A stretch of DNA of 64,000 bases from the human T2T-CHM13v2.0 reference genome, Homo sapiens (GCF_009914755.1 NC_060939.1), one strand, 5' to 3'. Numbered from the stretch's first letter, positions 47,836 to 62,574 are shown. A program made the numbers and translations. Notes: generated by a model from the sequence alone, not told the origin.

Positions 47836-48414
47836 TTAAATTCCATAATCTATCAAGAGTTCCTGCAAATTACTAAGTAAACGACAAAGAACATTAACAG
47901 ACAAATCACTGGAAAAAATATAAATTTCAAATAAACCAATAAAAAGTTGTTCAACATCATTAATAATTACAGAAGGCCAATTATTTTCCCACAATCTTAT
48001 TATTGAAACTATTAAATGTGGATAACACTCCCCCAAATCCAGACCAGTTATTTAATATGTTTTAGGAGTAGGTTGTCACTTCTCTAGAAACAGGAACAGA
48101 AACATGATCAAACTTCTGCTTACATTTGTCAATATGACCTTGAGAAAAGAGTATCAGCGCACTGCATTTCCATGCTCCACTCTGGGCAACAACGGAGGTA
48201 AACAAGATAGGCCTCCAGTCCTTGTCAGCTGTAATGTATTGTCTCAGATGGACTTAAAGGCATATTTTCTCTTAATTCAAGGGAAGATGACTCACCTTTC
48301 CAGAGTGGTCTGTCAGTGACATGCTATGCTAGAGACTTTGCATTAATTATTTCTTTTAATCTCTACCACAACCCTGCGAGGTTTTTATGGATGAGAAAAC
48401 TGAAGACGCTATGT

Positions 48415-48519
48415 TAGCATTCCCCAGCCTTTTTGGCACCAAGGGCTGGTTTCATGGAAGACAATTTTTCCACAGATGGGGGAAAAGTTTGTCCATGGCC
48501 CAGGGATTGAGGACCCCTG
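48415..48519 (+). mobile_element. Internally deleted MER1-type hAT MITE (105 bp)
   Basis: Both MER1 ends present (tccccagcctttttggcacca...gaagacaatttttccac / gtccatggcccagggattgaggacccctg); TSD-like cgctatgt/ctctacat. Confidence 0.8.
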
Positions 48520-49539
48520 CTCTACATAACTAGCGATATACTTCAGTGTCCATGTTTCTTTCCACTGCATCCTAAAGAAAGGAGTTCTCCTCTAGGTGGG
48601 GGGACAGACTAGAGTGTGAAAAAGGCCCTAAAAGACACTCAATAGATCAAAAGTATAACAATAAGTAAAAGTTCCACATAAAATGCTGAAAACAATTTTA
48701 ACCTTGCATATGTCTGTGATAAGCACTGATGTTTATGATGTTATTTTGTGTTGCAATTTTAAAGTGAAAAGAATGCTGGTGTTGGCAATAGGCAGACCTG
48801 GTCTCAAACCCCAGCTCTGCTGCTTACCAGTGGTGTAATCTTGGTCAAGAACCTGATTCTCCACACTGAACTCTGACTTTACATTGTCACTATTGAGTGC
48901 AATGTATAATCCTATGATAAAGTTAATCATCATTTGACTTGTTTGGGGGTTAGTTCCTGTGACTATCTTTTCAAACAATATTGAAAATTGTGAGCAGCTG
49001 TAAGACAATCACTTTGTGTCACTGACAACACTTAAAAAGTTACTTGTACATTAAGAGTTTAACACACATATTTATTAGATGAATATTTTATTAAACCCAA
49101 GACAAGATAGGTTGACAATACTAAGAGCTGACAAAGACAGGGGAAGGCAATCTGGGTAGGAGAACAATTTGCCAGTGATTACTAAAAAAAGTGCTATAAA
49201 GAATAAGACCCAAATGTCTGCCATACGTCCTTTCACACCTTATTTCATGCCTCCCCAACCCAGTACCTTGATCACTTGACTTTATTTCAATCCTTTGGAT
49301 TAAGAGAAAACAACTTAAGAACAGGGATTATGTTTTATTCGTCCTTGAATCTTCAGAAATAGCATAATAAGGTGCTCAGTAGATGACTGTTGAAGTGAAC
49401 TGAATGGTAACTTAAGAAGCAAGAGATTATTATATGCAGAATATTCATCTCAAGAGGGAAAGCTAGTTTTATGTATTTTCCATTGTGATTCTTTTGTAAG
49501 TAGGGAAATTCTATGCCAAGGACTGAAAAAAGCACATCA

Positions 49540-50400
49540 TAAATCATGGTTCAGTCCATCTGAGTACTGTTTTAATTTTAGCGCAGCATGTGTTGAACTT
49601 CAGTGCTCTTGATTTACACATTCCTAATGCAAATATATCAAATTTTCAATTATTCAAGGGTGAATTATCAAATTTGTAGATTAGCTAGGCTTTATGCTTA
49701 TTCTACTCCCTTTAGGTACATAGGCCTTTGGGCGCCTTCTCCTTCTTCCTTGTGCTTGAATGGCAGTGGGATTAACTCATTAAGAATAAAGGAAACATCT
49801 GTGTTGCTTAAATGACAGTGAGGATCTTGTAGAAACTCAGTACCACCTGTATGTAGTTCTATTACTGGTCATAAATTCAAATAAAACTGTCACAGTATTC
49901 AAAATTCAATGGATATTTCTTGAAGTAGTTCATCAGAGAACAATTTTTCCTCATGTCAGAGAAAGAACTAAATGAAGCATTTTATTTACAATAATAAAAA
50001 ATGTTATATTGATTCAAATCACCGGCAGTGTCCACAGACACATGACAGAAAGCGGACATACACGTCGTGGAGATATTTGGCCAATCACATTTATCCCAGC
50101 TTGACTATGTCTTTCATTTAGTGACAGGAAATCTACTATCAGCCCCTATCACTTCAATGGTCAATTAATTAAATATTTTGATTCTATTCACATCCTTTGC
50201 TTTGAGCCACTTGTAATCATCTCATAGAGGGAAGAAAAAGCAATCATGTTTATAAATTATGAGCATTTTCAACACAGTTGAATGTAATTTATTCTTTACT
50301 TCTTACGTTTTTCTATCACTATTAATACTTCATGTAGGTGTGAATATAAACCTTGATGCACACAAACACATAACTCCCAGTTGAATGTCAACACCTTCAG
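49540..50400. promoter_or_regulatory. Candidate enhancer island
   Basis: Repeat-free; octamer at 49627; TGACAG at 50043 and 50122; TTGGCCAAT at 50077; TTAATTAA at 50165; local CpG cluster. Confidence 0.4.
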
Positions 50401-50482
50401 AAAGAAAAAAAAAAGACTTGTATAAGGAAAACAATGGATAAGCTTTATGTGTGTGTGTCATACAGTGAATGTATATAACTAC

Positions 50483-50836
50483 ACATACATTCATGCATTA
50501 ACGATAGGGATGCATTCTGAAAAATCCCTGACTAGGTGATTTCGTCATTGTGTGAACATCATAGAATGTATTTACACAAACCTAGATGATATAACCCACC
50601 ACACACCTAGGCTATATGTTATAGCCTATTGCTCCGAGGCTTCAAACCTGGACAGCATGTTACTGTACTGAATACTGTAGGCAATTATAACACAGTGTAA
50701 GTATTTGTGTTTCTAAACATAGCTAACCATAGAAAAGGCATAGTTAAAATGCTGTATTATAATCTTATGGGACCACCACCCTAAACACAGTCCACAGTCC
50801 ATCATTGACTGAAATGTCATTATGCACACATAACTT
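50483..50836 (+). mobile_element. Tigger3a-like Tc1/mariner MITE
   Basis: tgtgtgaacatcatagaatgtatttacacaaacctagatg...cacacctaggctatatg...catgttactgtactgaatactgtaggcaatt. Confidence 0.85.
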
Positions 50837-50897
50837 TACGTGAAACAGAAAACAATGAATTGTGAAGAAAATAAACAAAGTAATTGAATGGTGGGAT

Positions 50898-51012
50898 GCA
50901 GAGCTACCATGTATAGCTGCATGGATTGTCCACTGCACAATTTCAGGAACAGCAGTCACTCTGACTACCAGGTGGATGGCGCCCCCTGGAGTTGTACAAT
51001 ATGGCAGTCTTG
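50898..51012. mobile_element. MER91-like hAT-Tip100 MITE with a CTCF motif
   Basis: ttgtccactgcacaa...ggcgccccctggagttgtacaa. Confidence 0.65.
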
Positions 51013-51204
51013 GTGAACTTTTTTTCTTTGGGATTTAAACATTTGGGTTTATCAAAACGATTAGACTGTGACCACAGCTTCAGGTCACACTTCCTAATCT
51101 CCTAGCATCCTTAGAAGTGACTTGTTCTCTCACAAGCTGATGTGGGAAGGAGAAAGAAAAGTGGAAAGGATAGGAAAATGTATCTATATAGAGGTAATTT
51201 GACA

Positions 51205-51750
51205 ATAACAATAGCTAATATTTTTTGGAACTTTTATTAGGTGCCAGGTGTGGTTCATCGCACTTTGTACACATTAACTCTTTATTTAATTTTTTTTTTT
51301 TTCTTTTGAGACGGAGTCTCGCTCTGTCACCCAGGCTGGAGTGCAGGGGAGCTATCTCGACTCACTGCAAGCTCTGCCTCCCGGGTTCACGCCATTCTCC
51401 TGCCTCAGCCTCCTGAGTAGCTGGGACTACAGATGCCTGCCACCATGCTTGGCTAATTTTTTTTTTTTTTTGTATTTTTAGTAGAGACAGGGTTTCACCA
51501 TGTTATCCAGGATGGTCTCAATCTCCTGACCTCATGATCCACCCACCTCGGCCTCCCAAAGTGCAGGGATTACAGGCGTCAGCCACTGCGCCCGGCCTGT
51601 ACACATTAACTCTTAATCCTTATAACCACCCTAGTGGTAGGTACTATTCTTATCCACATTTCACAGATAAGGGAATTGAGGCTCAGAAATGTTAAATAAC
51701 TGGCCCAAGACCATGTTGCAGTAAGTGGGGAAGATGTCAGGTAGGAATGA
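51205..51750 (-). mobile_element. MIR split by an AluY
   Basis: aataacaatagctaata...; cacatttcacagataagggaattgaggctcagaaatgttaaataactggcccaag. Confidence 0.85.
51283..51597 (-). mobile_element. AluY
   Basis: AluY diagnostics; perfect 17-bp TSD tgtacacattaactctt. Confidence 0.97.
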
Positions 51751-51881
51751 GAGAGCTGATAGACTCTTCTCCTTTGCAAAATTGTGACTATCAATTGAAG
51801 GTCAATTAGAGGCTCCTTTTATTTAAATTTTTATTTGCTCTTCCTAATATAATTATTTTTATGGGAAAAAGCAGTCTCTTA

Positions 51882-52230
<349 letters not shown>

Positions 52231-52599
52231 ATAAAATCAGATTTAAGAATGAAAGAAAAGTTCCAAATATAATTACTGACAAAATAATAATAAATCTCCA
52301 GAATAAGCCCCCAAATTAAAGTATAAAATGTCTAGGATTACATTTACATTTAACACAAATGCTAAAGGGATAAAGAATAATTCTTAACTGATTAGCTAGC
52401 ACTTTCTGCAGATGTCTAGCTTCTAGAATGAGTAAACAGAAATGTTAGGAGATGAGAAAACATCACAGAGGCACTGATTAAAAAAAAGAAAAAAAGAGCA
52501 GTAAATAAACATAGGGAGAAGCAGTCACAAGAACTTCCACAACTAAAGGAAATGGGAATTGGGGTAGGCCATGGTTGCTAATACACAGCACAGGAGACC

Positions 52600-53680
52600 A
52601 AGAATATTTCTATAGTGAGTCATCGGCTTTTGTATACCTAATTGATTCCTTGTTTCATAACTTCCAGATATCTGAATTTCTACACATTCAACTTACTATA
52701 TAGAATCATATTCATGTTGAAATGGCATCAACTTTGCATGAAATTTTAGTTTGAAAAAGCAAATGAATAAAATTATGATGTCAAATGCAGTAAGAAATTG
52801 CAACAATGGTCTTTGTGTTTTTGCTCTCACTGCCCACTCCAATGCTGCTGTGTTCAAATAAATTATTTCAGCAAATAAAATATTTAGAGCTATAAAGGAA
52901 TATGGTAAAGACAAAGATAAAATACCATTTGTAATATGACTACTATTAAAGCTCTGGCTTGCAGATTGCTGGCAAATAGTCTATTTTCCAGCTTGTCAAA
53001 ACAACCCATTCTCTGAGCATGTTCAGAGCTTGCAGAGGTCTTCATTTATACCAGAATGGGAATTGGAGAAAGAAAAACATTTTGAAAATGATCTGCAGAA
53101 TACATTGTTTTGTAAAATATCTAATCAAATGAGAGCAGCCTGTCAAAGTCAAGAAATGTTACTTACTCGGCTACAATAGGTATGATGCAGAACTGGCCAC
53201 CCACTCACCAGCTGCAGAAAATGAATTTAAAGTAAGCTGGTCATTTGTCCTCAGACAAAGTACAACTGCCAAATATTTTATCCCAATTTGTCATCCCTGC
53301 TCTATTCCAGTGAATTCCATCAATCCAAGGCCAGTCACAGTGTTTAGTCTCTCCAGAACAATAAGCTTAACCCAACAGGTTTATTTGTTTAAGTCATCTG
53401 GTGAAATCTTTTAAATTACGCCTTGTTTCTAATACCGCTTGTATTTTGCATTCACGTAAGCTTCTGCTGCAGCTGCTTGAGAAGAAAAGGAAAGGAGGCT
53501 TTTGCTGAGCAGTGAGAAGAGAATACATTTTTAAACTTTCCTTTCTTTCTCCTAAAATTAGCACCTGGCATATGGAATATTCAGCAGGTGGCTCAGCAGG
53601 GAGAGAGTTACTGTTTTTCTTACCTGCCACTGAGATGTTTGACATTTTGACTTCGTAAGGAACAAGATTCTTGAGGCCAT
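52600..53680. promoter_or_regulatory. Candidate enhancer island
   Basis: About 1 kb repeat-free, with FOX, E-box, MARE-like, bZIP, TGACA and CTCF-like motifs. Confidence 0.4.
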
Positions 53681-54264
53681 CAGTGTGTGTGTGTGTGTGT
53701 GCGCACACATGCACACACTCATGCACTAATGGGCATGTTGAGGGAAGTCCCATAGAGGACTTCTGGAGGACAGAGTGTAAGAGACAGGAGCTACTAACAG
53801 ACAAAGTTATACAATTAAGAAACATTAAATATCAGAGAGGGGAGTACGTTTCATATTGTTGAAACTGAATAACTAATTCAATTCCCACTAGTATCGGAGA
53901 ATAGGAAATTGCTTTGTAACTTAAAGAACTTCAGAAATTACACTTTATAATATAATAGGAATGTTCTTTGAATATTGTTTGAAGACTCTGATGTAAAGTT
54001 CACTGAGATAACTTCCCCCAGATGTAGGAAAAGTAGCTATTGAATCAGAATTTTACAAACATTTATAAATGTCAACAATCTGTGTCATGTACTATTCTAG
54101 GCAATAGAGCATCAGAGAAAAAAGTGGAGTTCCAAATGCGAAAGATATTTAGAAAGTATAATAAACTAACCTTGGATATGGGCAGTGAGGGAGAGAGAAG
54201 AGTCTCAGATAATCCCCAAGTCTCTGGCTTGATGACTAGGTGAATAGTAGGATCATTAAAGATG

Positions 54265-54793
54265 TCTGACAAGAGACCACTAATTGCTTGCCTAATATTC
54301 ATTCTACCCATTTTCTATGTAACTGACCTATATAGCATTAATATAAAAGATAGCAACATGCCCAGCTAAAAACCACATTTCTCTGTCTCCATTACAGATA
54401 GGATTGTCTAATAAGACATAAGCAGACATTTTGGAATGGGGCATCCGTGAGAGCTCTCTAAAGTATATTGAATAGCAGGGTGGCAGCACTTTTTCTTTAC
54501 CTTTCTTCTTTCTGCCTGGAATGTCAAGGTTAAAGCGCCCACAGCTGGTTTGTGACCATGAGGTAACTTGAAGATAAAAAAGCTTCACGGTAAGGATTAT
54601 AGAACAAAAAATAGGAAAGGCCTAGATTCCTGATAATTGGTGATTCTTCATACTGGAATTAGCCCTGGGTTAATTAGCAACTGGGTTGCCTAACCCTAGA
54701 GTTTTATTTTGATAGAAAAATTAATCTTTACTTTGCTTAAGCTGCTGTTATTTCAGGTCTCTGTTTAGCCATCAAAACTAATCCTAACCGATA
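54265..54793 (+). mobile_element. MLT1J-type MaLR solo LTR inside an L2 relic
   Basis: ttgcctaatattcattctaccc...tgcccagctaaaaaccacatttc...ttaagctgctgttatttcaggtctctgtt...taaccgatac. Confidence 0.7.
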
Positions 54794-55046
54794 CTCAATG
54801 ACAGAGAATCAAGTTGCTTGGTGCTTTTTGGTAGGTGGGAGGGTTAGGATGAAGTTCAGTTTTGGATGTATTGCATACTAAGTGCTGGTAGAATGACCAA
54901 AAGTCACTTGGAAACTCAAGCTGGAGATATAGATTTGGGATTGATCCAAATGGGAGGCTAATGTCTACAGCTTATCATCTAGAATCAGTGGTTCTTCATT
55001 TTCTTCAGATCAGTCTATGGTAAGAACATTCTGGTTTTCATTTTTA

Positions 55047-55451
<405 letters not shown>

Positions 55452-55574
55452 TCAATGGAACAATTATGACTATCCTGTGACCTTTAAAATGTTTGTCAAA
55501 ACATGAAAGCTCTCTTACTGTCAATTATAAATGTACAGAGAAATGGAAAAAATAGTAAGGCTATTATTTTGTAG

Positions 55575-55720
55575 TAGTAGTCCCTCCTTATCTGAGGGTG
55601 ATACATTCCAAGACCCCCAGTGGATGCCTGAGACCGTGGATAGTACCAAACCCCATATATGCTGCGTTTTTCCTAAATATATATGTATCCATGATAAAAT
55701 GTAATTTATAAATTAGGCAC
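55575..55720 (-). mobile_element. MER44/Tigger7 terminal fragment
   Basis: agtagtccctccttatc...ttccaagacccccagtggatgcctgagaccgtggatagtacc. Confidence 0.75.
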
Positions 55721-55851
55721 AGCTAGGCACGGTGGCTCATGCCTGTAATCCCAACACTTTGGGTGGCCAAGGCAGGAAGATTGCTTTAGCTCAGGAGTTC
55801 AAGACCAGCCTGCGAAACATAGTGAGATCTCGTCTCTAAAAAATTAAAATA
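55721..55851 (+). mobile_element. FLAM / Alu left monomer
   Basis: Monomer plus A-rich end. Confidence 0.88.
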
Positions 55852-56748
55852 ATGTTCTGTCATAAAGGACACAAATTCTCTGTTATCCAATAATCTACTA
55901 ATCTGAATCATCATCTGTTCATTCATGCATTCAGTAAATATGTGGTAGGCACTGTACACACATTTGGAATATATTATATCCATGAAAACAACAGGCAAAC
56001 ATCCTTGCCTCTGTGATGCTTACCTTTTAGTTGGTAGTCATGGGGGGCTGAAACAGGAGGCAACAAAAATGAAGCCTACTATATTATTTGAGGTGGATAA
56101 TAATGATGCGATGATAAATGAGAAAAGTAGAGACATTTAAATGCATGTGTTAAAAAAAAAGGATTAGCAGTCTTGACCAGATGATGAATTGATATTACAG
56201 ACATACTGTATGAACTTGTAAATGTGATTCCCTAAGAAAGACACAGTATCACTTATGAAGCATTCTGGCTAGATATGCAGAACTTGAATGTAATCATGAG
56301 GAAACATTAGACAAATCCCAAATAATGAACATTATATTTTAAAAAAGGAAATATTCTACAAAATGTCAATGTCATATATGCTGAAGGTTTTGTGTTTTTT
56401 TTTAAATCTCAATGTTAGGGCTCCTATTGTCATGAATTCTGAATTTACTAAAGGAAAATTATTTATATTTCTATATTTACAGCCAATTTTTTTCTTAGTT
56501 TATTTAGAAAATATCTTTTTAAGCACTTGTTATACTGTTTTGGGCACTGTCTTTGCCTGAGTTATTTAGAAAACAGAGCCTAGGCAAATTTAAGGACCAG
56601 CACTTTATTGAGAGGTGTAATCTGAGGACATTAAGAGTGCAGAATAGGTGAATGAGGCGGGAAAGGAGGGTAAATTAACGTAAGAGTTCATTTCTGAGCT
56701 GGCCACAGCTTCATTAAACAGTATGGTGGGGATCTCTTCAAGACCGCG

Positions 56749-56979
56749 TGAGTCCAGGAGTTCAAAACCAGCCTGGCCAACCTGGTGAAACCCCATGTCT
56801 ACTAAAAATACAAAAAATTAGCTGGGCATGGTGACCCACGCCTATAATCCCAGCTACTCAGGAGGCTGAGGCATAAGAATCACTTGAACCCCAGAGGCGA
56901 AGGTTGCAGTGAGCTAAGATGGTACCACTGCACTCCAGCATGGGCCACAAAGCAAGACTCCGTCTCAAAAAGAAAAAAA
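56749..56979 (+). mobile_element. 5'-truncated Alu
   Basis: Begins at the B-box region, abutting a truncated LTR-like relic. Confidence 0.92.
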
Positions 56980-56982
56980 TTA

Positions 56983-57270
56983 GGCCAAATGTGGTGGCAC
57001 ATGCCTGTAATCCCCAGCACTTTGGGAGGCTGAGGCAGGAGAATCACTTGAGCCCAGGAGTTCAAGACCAGCCTGTGCACTATCTCTACAAAAAAATTTT
57101 TTTTTAAATTAGCCAGGCATGATGGTGTGTGCCTGCAGCCCTAGTTACTTGGGGGGCTGAGGTGAGAGAATCACTTGAGGCTAGGAGTTCAAAGTTGCAG
57201 CGAGCCATGATCACACCACTGCACCAACCTGGGCAACAGAACAAGATCCTGTCTCTTAAAAAAAAAAAAA
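56983..57270 (+). mobile_element. Alu (AluJ)
   Basis: Dimer in tandem with the previous Alu. Confidence 0.93.
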
Positions 57271-57327
57271 TTAAGACCAAGATATTTTTAAAAATTATAT
57301 TCATTAATTTAATTTTAAAATAACAGT

Positions 57328-57672
57328 GACAACATGAATACATCTTGGAGACATTATGTTAAGTAAAACAAGCCAGACACAAAAAGACAAACATTGTATG
57401 ATTGCACTTAAGGGAGGCATCTAGATTAGTCAAATTCATAGAGGTAGAAAATAGAATTGTAGTTGGTAGGGGCTCTGGAGAGAGAGGAATGGAGAGTTAT
57501 TGTGTAATTGGTGTAATTGGTACAGAGTTTCAGTTTGGGAAGATGAAAATTTCTGGAGATAGATGGTGGTGATGGTGGCACAACAACGTGAATGCACTTA
57601 AGGCCACTCAACTGTACACCAAAAAATGGTTAAAATGGTAAATTGTATGTTATGTATATTTTACCAAAATAA
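57328..57672 (+). mobile_element. L1MB 3' fragment
   Basis: L1MB 3' UTR; TSD aaaataacagt. Confidence 0.85.
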
Positions 57673-57747
57673 AAAATAACAGTAAAAAATCAGTACATTT
57701 TAACACATATATTTTTATGTACAACTATATTTTCCAAAAAATAATTA

Positions 57748-58110
<363 letters not shown>

Positions 58111-58306
58111 TCATATCTATTTCTGTTTTCAGTCTATCATGATAGTTGTTTTGGTTACATATATGAAGAAAATCTTACCTCACAAAGATAGATAGTGGGA
58201 AAAGGAAGAATTACTTAAATAGCCTTTTCAGAAAATTGTGAATAGTATTCTTTAATACTATATAAAACTTGAAAAGTGGTAGTTTCTTAAAATACTGGTT
58301 CACTAT

Positions 58307-58600
<294 letters not shown>

Positions 58601-59310
58601 ATTTGGTTGACTAAATTATGTAGATCTCCCAAGTGTTGACATATTTCATTGTACATCAGAAAAATCACATTTGCTGATATCACCACCACAAAAAAGTCTT
58701 AAAGTACCGGGAAGACGTTACGCCCCAGGACAGTGAATATACATTTTTCACAATTCAAATTTTTGGTTTAAAATGCAAATGTTACAAATGTTAACAAATA
58801 TAGTCAGTTGTTTTCCTCATCTTACACAACCTTTTTTTTTTTTTTGAGAAAATATCTGCCAGATACTTAAGTCTAAGTAGTCATAGTTTGTCCTTGGTTA
58901 CTTTAAGTAAAAATAATGTTGCATAAAAAGAAGCAACCAGTTCACTTCTCAACTCAAACAATCACACAAGTGCTTTTCTTGAGGCAATCATATTTCTGTA
59001 TGCCGCAATAGTACTTCACATGTACTTCCCATTTCGTCACACAGAATATTAAAAAGACAAGTACTAATTTCAGCAATCTAGGAAGAGAAGGGAAATTCCC
59101 CAATCTCATGAAAGACTAAGCAAAACCTATTTTTAATATGATGATTAATGATGAAAGACTACATGTTTTTCTTCCTATTGCCGAAAACAAGGCAAAGATG
59201 TCTTCATTCATTGCTTTTACTCGAGAATCCAGTCAATGTAATAAGAAAAGAAAAAGAAATTTTAAAAAGGACAAGAAATAAAAGGCATGCAGATTGGACA
59301 AGAAGAAATA

Positions 59311-59622
<312 letters not shown>

Positions 59623-60137
59623 TTATTCACAGGTAACATATCATGTACATTAAATCCCAGAAATATCTACATAAAAGCTGCTAGATTTAATAAATGGGTT
59701 TAGAAAGCTCATAGGATATAATGTCAATATATATAAATATATGAAACTAACAGCTAGAAACTGAAATGTAAACAACAGTACCATTTTTAATGCCACCACT
59801 GTTAGGGATAAACCCAACAAACTTGTGCAAGATATGTATGCTAAAAACAGCAATACACTGACAAGAGAATTTGAAGCAGATATAAATAGATGGAGATACA
59901 TACAATGTTCAAGGTTCTAAAGATGTAATATTGTTAAGGTGGCAATTTCCACAAAACTTATCTACAGGCTAATTGCACTCTCAATCAAAACTGCAAACTA
60001 TTTGTAGAAATTGACAAACTAATTGTTGAATTTATATGGAAAAGTTAAGCATCCAGAATAATCAGATGAATCTTGATTTTTTTCCCTCTTATTTTTAAAA
60101 GGCATAAAGATTTAAAACAAGAAGAGTTTGAAAAACC

Positions 60138-60474
<337 letters not shown>

Positions 60475-60787
60475 TAGGCCAACAAATTCAACAATACAGA
60501 TGAAAAATGCACCAAAATAGTGCATTTTTGAATGCACTAAATAGTGTACAATGCACCAAAATAGTCACAAGAAAAAAACAGAAAACCTGAGTAAGCCTAT
60601 ATCTAATAAACAAATGGAGTATGTTAAGAAAAACCTTTCCGAAAAGAAAACTTAAGGGCCAGATGCTTTCACTGGTAAAAACATCAAAGTTACACAAATG
60701 TTTTCCAGAAAAGAGAAGAGGGGAGAATATGTTTTTCAGAAAAGAGAGGAAGAGAAAACACCATCCACTTCATTTTATGAGGTTAAT

Positions 60788-61179
60788 TTTTATGGACTGA
60801 ATTGTGCCTCCTCAAACTTTGTATGCTGAAGTTCCAACCTTTAGTACCTCTGATTGTAATCATATTTGGAGATAAGGTCTTTACGGAGCCGATTAGGTTA
60901 AAATGAGGCTGTTAGGGTGGGGCCCTAGTTCAATATAACTAGTGTCCTTAGAAGGGGAAGGACACCAGGGGCACATATGTACACAGAGAAAAGACCACAT
61001 GAGGACACAGCAAAAAGGCAGCCATCTGCACACCAAGGAGAGAGGCCTCTGGAGAAATCCAACCTGCTAAGACCTTGATCTTGGACTGCTAGTCTCCCGA
61101 ACTATGAAAAAATTAATTTACATTGTTTAGACCTCCCACTCTGTGGCATTTCCTTACAGTAGCCCTACAAACTAATACA
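60788..61179 (+). mobile_element. MLT1B-like MaLR solo LTR
   Basis: tatggactgaattgtg...tatttggagataaggtcttt...gccatctgcacaccaaggagagaggcct...aactaataca. Confidence 0.88.
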
Positions 61180-62574
61180 GTAACATAAGCTTAATAGCAA
61201 AACCTGACAAAGATTGTATTTACATTTTACAGATCAGTATCCTTTACTGATATAGAGGCAAAATCCTTAACAAAATACTAACAAATCAAATCAATAGAAT
61301 ATTAAAAGAGTAACACTTAAAGATTAAGTAGGGCTTATCTCGGGAATGAAAAGTTAGTTTAATATTTTAAAATTGATAAATGAAATTCATTATATTAACA
61401 AAAAAAGGAGAAAACCCATATGATCACTTCAATAGATATGGAAAATGCATTTCACAAAAATTCAACATTGATTCTTGATAAAAACTTTCAGCAAATCAGA
61501 AATAATAGAGAACTTCCTCAAATCAGTAAAGGGCATCTATAAAATAAGTACAATATAATTAATGATGTAAGGCTGAATTGTTTTCCCCCACAATAGGAAC
61601 AAGGCAAAGATACCATGGCCACTATTCTAAAGTTCTATTTGACATTGTGTTGGAGGTCTCAGTCATTATAAGAAGGAAAGAAAAATAAATGGAAAGAAGA
61701 TCAAAAGGGAACAAGTAAAACTGTCCCTGTTTGCAAATGATAAGATTTTTAATGCAAAAATCCCAGGGAATCTACAAAACAATTACTAGAATCCATAAGT
61801 GAATTTCCCAAGGTCACAGGATACTGGGTTAATATATAAAAATCTGTTTAAGGCAAATATTAAAATGTATATGCTTATATACTAACAGCAAACTACTGAA
61901 AAATTGAATTTAAGGAGCAATTCCCTTTGCAATAATACCAAAAATATAAAATAATTCTGAATAAATCTAACAAAAGATATTTACATTGAAAACACAAACC
62001 CTCACTGAAATAAAATAATATACAAATACGTTGAGATATATACCATGTTTATGGACCAAAAGATTCAATATTGTTAACATAACAATTCTCCCCAAATTGT
62101 GCCACTGGCAAAAGGATAGACATACAGATTAATCATGCAGGCAGCAAAGTCTAGAAATAGACCCATATGTATAAGTTCAATTGAGTTTTGACACATATGC
62201 CAAGGTAATTCAATGGTGAGAGGAAGAAATAGTAGCCTTTTTAATAAGTAGTGCTGGAACAACTTTAATGGACATCCCCTCCAAAATTGAAAAAAAAAAT
62301 GGACTGTTTAAAACCACACCATATGTAAAAATTAACTTGAAATGGATCATAGTCCTACATGTAAAACCTAAAACTATAAAACCTATAGAAAAAGAACATG
62401 GGAGTAGATATTTGTGTCTTTGGGTTAGACAAAGGTATTCCAGAGAGGACATAAAAAGTATAAACCTAAGGAAACAAAATATTCGTGCTAATATGCCAGC
62501 AGTTTTAACCATCACTGCTTTCACACCATCAATGAAAATATCAATGAACTGAAAAAGGTAAATAAATAAAATCT

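Noticed and set aside
52992-53179. + strand AG...GT-bounded unit with an open frame (CQNNPFSEH...LTRLQ*)
   Set aside because: The open frame ends in a stop exactly at the donor, no homology is recognised, and it is opposite to the inferred host orientation.
53394-53825. 143-aa minus-strand ORF
   Set aside because: Crosses a (CA)n repeat (HTHTHT) and has no recognisable homology.
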